DNA of 64,000 nucleotides from Candidatus Magasanikiibacteriota bacterium (GTDB taxonomy: Bacteria; Patescibacteriota; Patescibacteriia; Magasanikbacterales; 2-02-FULL-50-9b). How positions within the stretch are numbered: position 1 is the first letter of the stretch; the number at the start of each line of letters is the position of its first letter. A model generated the notes under the pieces. It was not told the origin of the DNA and ran no database searches. It saw only the letters and a list, made by a program, of their open reading frames with translations. Below are positions 58,499 through 64,000 of the stretch, piece by piece. The stretch covers positions 3,854 through 67,853 of the forward strand of contig JAHFHU010000003.1 of assembly GCA_023246755.1 (NCBI GenBank). The letters run 5' to 3'. Made by a program: the position numbers and the translations under genes.

Positions 58499-59456
58499 TG
58501 ATGTTACACAATCGATCCGCATGCTTAAGGGCACGGAGCACGCAGCAACCCCTGATACACAGTGGTTGTCTTCGAATCGCTCGCGCTTGCTTACGCATAT
58601 TGATCGAACAACGGAAGAGATGCCGACGCGCGTGTTCACCCTCGTGCACCTGTGGTCAGCGCTTTCATTGATCATGCCGCAGCGCACTGTTTACGCAGTT
58701 GTGCGACCTGCGTTTATTTTCGTACTTTGTTTTGGGCTCGGAACTGCGGGGTGGATCACGACGGTGAGTGCGTCGCTCGAAAGTTTGCCCGGCGACGCGT
58801 TATATGGTGTGAAGCTCGCGACCGAACACACGCAGGTTGCGGTTGTTGAAGCTGTCCAAGGAAAACGCGCGTCAACAGAATTACGACTCACGTTTGTTTC
58901 GCGCCGTGTTGACGAGGTTGGAAAATTAGTCGCGGCGGGGACAGCGGATAATTCTGCAAAACAGGAACGGGTGAATCAGGCTGTTGAGAATTTGAAATCA
59001 GAAGTACGAGGCGTGAGTGATAATTTAAACGAAGTGAAAGCGTCGAATCCGATGGATGCTGTGCACGTCGCGCAAGCGATTGATCGAAAAGTTGACGTGA
59101 TTCAGCTGTCATTGATTTCCACAAATGCAACGACATCAAGCACAGAGGCGAGTGCGGTTATCGCGCAGTTGAAACAAGAAAGCGGCGCTGCTGCAACATC
59201 GACGTCTTCGATGAATGGTGGCGCGCCAAGTTCGACTCCAGCAGCAGCATCAAGCCCAAACTCAACGGCAACTTCGACAACAGCGGCAACGACATCATCA
59301 ACGAAAATTATCGCGCCGTTAACGCGTGGAGTTTTAGAAACCCCACTTGAACAGCCGATTGTTCCAAAAAAAGAATTAATTCCAGAGCGCCCAACTGAGT
59401 TGGGTCCGGATGTCGTTGATGTATCAGCGCCGATTAGTATCCAAATGCGAGACTAA
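58488..59456 (+). CDS. DUF5667 domain membrane protein (putative anti-sigma factor)
   Basis: TM helix then SLPGDALYGVKLATE..RRVDE; overlaps the sigma gene stop. Confidence 0.8.
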   Translation: MKFNDVTQSIRMLKGTEHAATPDTQWLSSNRSRLLTHIDRTTEEMPTRVFTLVHLWSALSLIMPQRTVYAVVRPAFIFVLCFGLGTAGWITTVSASLESLPGDALYGVKLATEHTQVAVVEAVQGKRASTELRLTFVSRRVDEVGKLVAAGTADNSAKQERVNQAVENLKSEVRGVSDNLNEVKASNPMDAVHVAQAIDRKVDVIQLSLISTNATTSSTEASAVIAQLKQESGAAATSTSSMNGGAPSSTPAAASSPNSTATSTTAATTSSTKIIAPLTRGVLETPLEQPIVPKKELIPERPTELGPDVVDVSAPISIQMRD

Positions 59457-59631
59457 TCGATTGACTACAATTGTGGAGTACAGATGTGCGAGGGGATTTG
59501 TACTTCACGAGCTGCGATTTCGCAGTAACGAGTACAAATTACCTTAAGCGTGATAAGGCAAGCAAGGTCGACCGGTAACCCCCGGTGCAATCACGAATTT
59601 ACAAGGGATTCTTAGAACGTTAATTCTTATT

Positions 59632-62600
59632 ATGAATAGTATTGTAAAAACAGCAAAACAAGCACTGTCAACAGTGGTTGTCGGCGCAACAATTCTTTGG
59701 TCAATGGGTGCTTCACTCTTGGTCGGCTCGCTCACTGCGACTGCTGCTCAGGTTGATGGCTCACTCATCAAGGCAAAGGAATTTGATTCAGTCTACTACT
59801 ACAAAGCAGGACAGCGCTGGGTATTTCCTAACCTCAAGGCTTACAAGTCTTGGTACAAGGATTTCTCAACCGTTAAAGTAATTCCACGCACAGAATTGGA
59901 ATCATATTCAATTCATCTTCCGGGTTCAAACATTGTGTATCGCGCGGGCACACGCCTTGTGAAGATCACAACTGACCCGAAAGTGTACGCAATTGAACCA
60001 GGCGGTAAACTCCGCTGGGTCAAGGACGAAGCAACCGCAAAAGCTCTCTACGGCAACGATTGGGCAAAGCGCGTTGACGATGTATCAGATGCATTCATGA
60101 CCAGCTACAATGTTGGTGCAGATTTGTCAGGTACAATGCTTCCAGACGGTTCACTCGTGAAGTCAGGTTCAAACTGGTACTACATCGATGGCGGCAAGAA
60201 GCGCATGGTAAGCGAAGCAGCATTTGCAGGTAACAACTTCAATGCAGCATACGCACTCAGCGTTTCAGACGTTTCAGCATATGCTGACGGCGCAGCCCTC
60301 GGCATGTCAGACGTTGTTGACACCGCACAAGGCGGCTCAGTTTCGTCACCAACATCAGGCCCTGTCGTTTCAGGCGCACTCGCAATCTCACTCGCATCTG
60401 ACAGCCCATCAGGCACACAGTCTGTTGTGGTTCAGAATACCAATGGTGCAAGTGGCGTGAGCGGTCAGCGCATGTCAAAGATGGTCAAGATTAACTTCAC
60501 CGCTTCAGCATCAGGCGACGCAAAAGTTACCCAGGTAACTGCAAAGCGCCTCGGTGTTTCAAAAGATGGTGATGTTGATACTCTCTTTCTTGCAGATGCA
60601 AGCGGCAAAATTCTTGCAAAGAACACCTCATTCTCTGGTGGTGTAGCAACATTTGCTGGCGCACTCTTCACTGTTCCCGCAGGTCAGACTGTTTCAGTTT
60701 GGCTCACGGAAGATGTGAATGCAAACGCTTCAGCTGGTTCAACACAGGGTTGGTCAGTTGACGCAGCAGGTGTAAAGACTGACGGCAATGGTGCAGTAAC
60801 CGGTTCAGCAATGGGTGGCTTGTTCACCGTTGCAAACGTTACTGACTTGGGTCAGCTCGAATACGCAACGTCTTCACCAACATCAGCAGCTACTGTTGAT
60901 GCAGGTAAAGTTGGTTACACACTCGGTACATTCAAGTTCCGAGCGATGAATCAGGAACTTCGTGTCACGAAAGTCAAGTTCACTCAAATTGGTACAATCG
61001 CAACAACGGATCTTCAGAATTTGAAGCTTCAGGTTGCAGGCGTTCAATATGATGCAGTTAAGCAGTTGAACTCGGACAACACGATTTGGTTTGATTTCAC
61101 CAAAGATTCAACCGGCGCTGCTAACGTAGACGGTGGTTTGAAGATTTTGGCTGGTCAGACAAAGTTTGCGGATATCGTTGGCGATATCGTCGGTGGTACC
61201 AACCGCAACTTCAAGTTCAGCGTTCAAAATCAGGAAGATGTGTCAGCATGGGACAGCAACTACAAAGTTAACGTACCAGTCGCAGATTGGGGTACGGATG
61301 CTTTCGCAGTTGAAAGCCTCGCGCAGACAAGCATCAATACGGGTACTTTGACCGTAACGGTTGCAGCAGATGCACCAAACGGCAATATTGCTCAAAATGC
61401 TTCAAGCATCACTCTTGCACGTTTCAACTTGACTGCTGCAGGTGAAGACATGAAGGTAACTTCATTGTCAGTAACGAGCACATCAAGCGACTACACCAAC
61501 ATCTTCAAGAACGTTAAGCTTATGCTTAATGGTGCACAGGTTGGTACAACCGCAACGTCATTGACAGCGGGTGTTGCAAGCGCACAGACCTTCAGCAACA
61601 ATTTTGTTGTTAAGGTTGGTAAAGTAAGCGTTCTCGAAATTGTTGCAGATCTTACTGATACAACAGTGTCAGCATCAGGTGCAGCAAACGAGACATTCTC
61701 ATTCAGCTTGGTTGCAGGTGGTTCAAATGCACAAGGTTTGATCTCATTGGCAAATGTCAGCACGGCATCTGTTTCAGGCAATACTTTGACACTCAAGTCG
61801 GGTGCTCCAACCATTGCAAAAAATAATGCCATGGTTGACGCGTCAACTGTTAACCCAACTGGTGTTATCAAGGATACTGATCTTAAGATTGCTTCATTCG
61901 TTATTACAGCTGGTGCTGGTGAAGGTGCGAAGATCAGCTCTATTGGTCTTAAAGACAACGCAGCAGCTCTTAATGGCCTCTTCACACGTCTTCGTGTGCA
62001 GAATGCAGGTGTAAATCTTGCTCCTGAAGTCGGCTCATTAAGTGGTGCAAGCTCAACATACACCTTTAACTTCACCACTCCGGTGACGTTAGCAAAGGGT
62101 CAACAGTATGTTGTTGACGTTGTTGCAGACGTTCTCTCAACAACTTCAACGGCGCAATTGACAGATAATCCAAATCCAGTCATTCAGGTTTTGGACAGCA
62201 CAATCGCATTTCAGACTCTCGATACGGCTCAAAGTGGTAACATTGCTGTTTCGGGCACGACCGGTGTCGGACAGAATGTGTTTCTTGCTTCAAAGGGCTC
62301 ACTTGTAGCAGCTGTTTCAGCAGATACCGCAGTTGCACAACAGCTCGTCATGGGCGCGGTCAATCAGCCTGTGTTCAAATTTAAACTTACCGCCGGTAAG
62401 TCAGAAGATTTGAATGTGACTGAATTGACAACTGCAGCTACCATCATGGCTTCATCAACACCAACGGGTATCATTAAAAATATTCGTTTGTATGATGGTG
62501 ATACAATGATTGGTAATCCGGTTGCGGCTCTTATCACATCAGATGCTTCAGGTACAAATGCAACATCAACTGCATATGCGAAGTTTTCAGCTTTGAATCT

Positions 62601-63393
62601 TACGATTGCAAAGAACACTTCAAAGACATATTCAGTGGTTGTAGATGTAGCATCATCTCCAGACATCTACTCTGGTGTGAATCTCACAATGCATCTTATT
62701 AACAGCTATGATACGGGCGCAAGCTCAGCCATAGTTGCAAAGGGTGGAAAGAGTGGTCAGACAATTAGTGCGTCTGGACCAACAACAGGATTCCTTCAGA
62801 CAACAGATATTAAGGGTAATGTAATGACTGTTTATAAAACAAAGGTTACCGTTGCTCATGCTGCAAATGCACCATCCGGCGCTGCATCAAAGGGTACTGA
62901 CCAAGTTGTTGCTAAGTTTGTTGTTTCAAACTCAGCTAATGTAAACAATCAGGCTGCGACAATTAGTGCGATGGATGTATCGATTTCAACATCGATTTCG
63001 TCCGCAGGAAGTCAGACACGTGTCACGAGAATTTATAAGACAGAACAGTTAGTAGCAGCAAATCAATTGGTTTCAACATCTATTGATTCGACAGCTGCTA
63101 ACAGCGCATGTCTTTTTGGAAGCTCTCGAAATGAGTCGTCTTCTGGAACGACTGGTTGCCCTCTGTTCTTTAAGAGTGCAATTGTCGGGCAGTCTCCATT
63201 CTCACCAGCGGTCACAATTGAAGCTGGTGCTGCACAGACATTCTCGATTACACAGGACACGAACGACGCGTCGGCAAATAACACACTTACTGCTGGTATT
63301 TCAGCTGGTAAGATTGTGTGGAGTGACGGCTATACATCATTAATTACTGTTGTAGATAGCTTACCACTTACCGGCAAGACACTTACCTTCTAA
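59632..63393 (+). CDS. Large secreted S-layer-like protein with tandem Ig-like modules
   Basis: Signal peptide; N-terminal domain shared with ORF 1; Ser/Thr/Ala-rich beta modules; codon usage suggests high expression; strong terminator. Confidence 0.8.
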   Translation: MNSIVKTAKQALSTVVVGATILWSMGASLLVGSLTATAAQVDGSLIKAKEFDSVYYYKAGQRWVFPNLKAYKSWYKDFSTVKVIPRTELESYSIHLPGSNIVYRAGTRLVKITTDPKVYAIEPGGKLRWVKDEATAKALYGNDWAKRVDDVSDAFMTSYNVGADLSGTMLPDGSLVKSGSNWYYIDGGKKRMVSEAAFAGNNFNAAYALSVSDVSAYADGAALGMSDVVDTAQGGSVSSPTSGPVVSGALAISLASDSPSGTQSVVVQNTNGASGVSGQRMSKMVKINFTASASGDAKVTQVTAKRLGVSKDGDVDTLFLADASGKILAKNTSFSGGVATFAGALFTVPAGQTVSVWLTEDVNANASAGSTQGWSVDAAGVKTDGNGAVTGSAMGGLFTVANVTDLGQLEYATSSPTSAATVDAGKVGYTLGTFKFRAMNQELRVTKVKFTQIGTIATTDLQNLKLQVAGVQYDAVKQLNSDNTIWFDFTKDSTGAANVDGGLKILAGQTKFADIVGDIVGGTNRNFKFSVQNQEDVSAWDSNYKVNVPVADWGTDAFAVESLAQTSINTGTLTVTVAADAPNGNIAQNASSITLARFNLTAAGEDMKVTSLSVTSTSSDYTNIFKNVKLMLNGAQVGTTATSLTAGVASAQTFSNNFVVKVGKVSVLEIVADLTDTTVSASGAANETFSFSLVAGGSNAQGLISLANVSTASVSGNTLTLKSGAPTIAKNNAMVDASTVNPTGVIKDTDLKIASFVITAGAGEGAKISSIGLKDNAAALNGLFTRLRVQNAGVNLAPEVGSLSGASSTYTFNFTTPVTLAKGQQYVVDVVADVLSTTSTAQLTDNPNPVIQVLDSTIAFQTLDTAQSGNIAVSGTTGVGQNVFLASKGSLVAAVSADTAVAQQLVMGAVNQPVFKFKLTAGKSEDLNVTELTTAATIMASSTPTGIIKNIRLYDGDTMIGNPVAALITSDASGTNATSTAYAKFSALNLTIAKNTSKTYSVVVDVASSPDIYSGVNLTMHLINSYDTGASSAIVAKGGKSGQTISASGPTTGFLQTTDIKGNVMTVYKTKVTVAHAANAPSGAASKGTDQVVAKFVVSNSANVNNQAATISAMDVSISTSISSAGSQTRVTRIYKTEQLVAANQLVSTSIDSTAANSACLFGSSRNESSSGTTGCPLFFKSAIVGQSPFSPAVTIEAGAAQTFSITQDTNDASANNTLTAGISAGKIVWSDGYTSLITVVDSLPLTGKTLTF

Positions 63394-63424
63394 TTCTGTT
63401 AGTTGCGTAAAACTCTTGTTTAGG

Positions 63425-63460
63425 AAAATAACGGCCGCCCTTCGGGGCGGCCTTATTTTT
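63425..63460 (+). terminator. Intrinsic terminator
   Basis: ggccgccc-ttcg-gggcggcc followed by ttattttt. Confidence 0.9.
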
Positions 63461-63606
63461 CTTGAATGACACTTTTTTGGGCTAAATATTGACAAAATCA
63501 GTTAAAACTGCTATAATTTTTTGCTATAGCTGAAAGGCTGTGGAAGTCCTGCATGCAGGTGTATGTGGGCATGAATTTTGACAACTAAGAGATAGGGAGG
63601 TGCAAG

Positions 63607-64000
63607 ATGAAGGTCTTTTTTTGTGCGATCGCGGCTAGCATTTTGATGACTGGGTGCATGGCACCCATGCTCGAAGAGGGTCAAAGTGGTGATGCTGATC
63701 AATCGATCGGTTCGATTGATGGCGTCATCGGTGAGGACAGTTCTGTGCGTCGTGTGGCGGAAGTCGTTGACGTTCTGGTTTTGCAAGACTCATTGGAAGT
63801 CGCAGGACCAAAGGACGATGTCGCTGCGGACACTGAACTCGATATCCAGCCAGATGTGTTGCAGGAGAACGACAAGAAAACGATCGTTGAAACCGAGACG
63901 AATGATATCGATTTTGAAATTGATGACACCATCGAGATCGTCGAGGTTGAAACTCAAGTCGATGTTCAAACGGATATCGCTGCTGATGAAATCGGAACCG
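63607..64000 (+). CDS. Acidic putative lipoprotein, truncated by the window end (MKVFFCAIAASILMTGC...)
   Basis: Promoter TTGACA(63489)-17 nt-TATAAT(63512); SD GGGAGG; lipobox MTGC; frame open to the window end; absent from the ORF track. Confidence 0.75.
   Translation, partial: MKVFFCAIAASILMTGCMAPMLEEGQSGDADQSIGSIDGVIGEDSSVRRVAEVVDVLVLQDSLEVAGPKDDVAADTELDIQPDVLQENDKKTIVETETNDIDFEIDDTIEIVEVETQVDVQTDIAADEIGT

Noticed and set aside
1-64000. Alternative genetic code (TGA read as Gly, as in Gracilibacteria/Absconditabacteria)
   Set aside because: Conserved genes are full length under code 11, and several end at TGA (Fic, HIT, infC).

Overview
The window looks like a chromosomal segment of a Patescibacteria (CPR) genome, probably ABY1/Uhrbacteria-like. 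This is an inference from the gene content, the Shine-Dalgarno-less core genes, the DUF5667/ECF sigma pair and the S-layer-type proteins; the standard genetic code fits the ORFs. From left to right it holds: the end of a large surface protein; small housekeeping genes; a surface-assembly cluster built around a signal peptidase I, with cohesin-, dockerin- and WxL-like proteins; tRNA-Asp flanked by antisense copies of its own ends; infC-rpmI-rplT; and pyrF-pyrE. Next comes a defence/toxin hotspot (about 16.8-38 kb) with Fic, a broken HD hydrolase, GIY-YIG nucleases, a complete type I R-M system carrying an inserted PrrC/RloC-like ABC ATPase, a TM0106 nuclease, NYN, two orphan PemK-like genes with a conserved structured leader, a PBECR-like RNase, a radical SAM enzyme and RusA. 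After that come tmRNA and smpB, a GC-rich block of myxobacterial-type Cys-rich lipoproteins and a beta-barrel-like protein with strong SD sites and long structured UTRs (43-51 kb, plus a similar gene at 63.6 kb), a polysaccharide/glycosyltransferase cluster, ECF sigma with DUF5667, and a 1253-aa S-layer-like protein. No CRISPR array, integrase, transposase or reverse transcriptase was seen. All family assignments come from motif recognition by eye, not from database searches.
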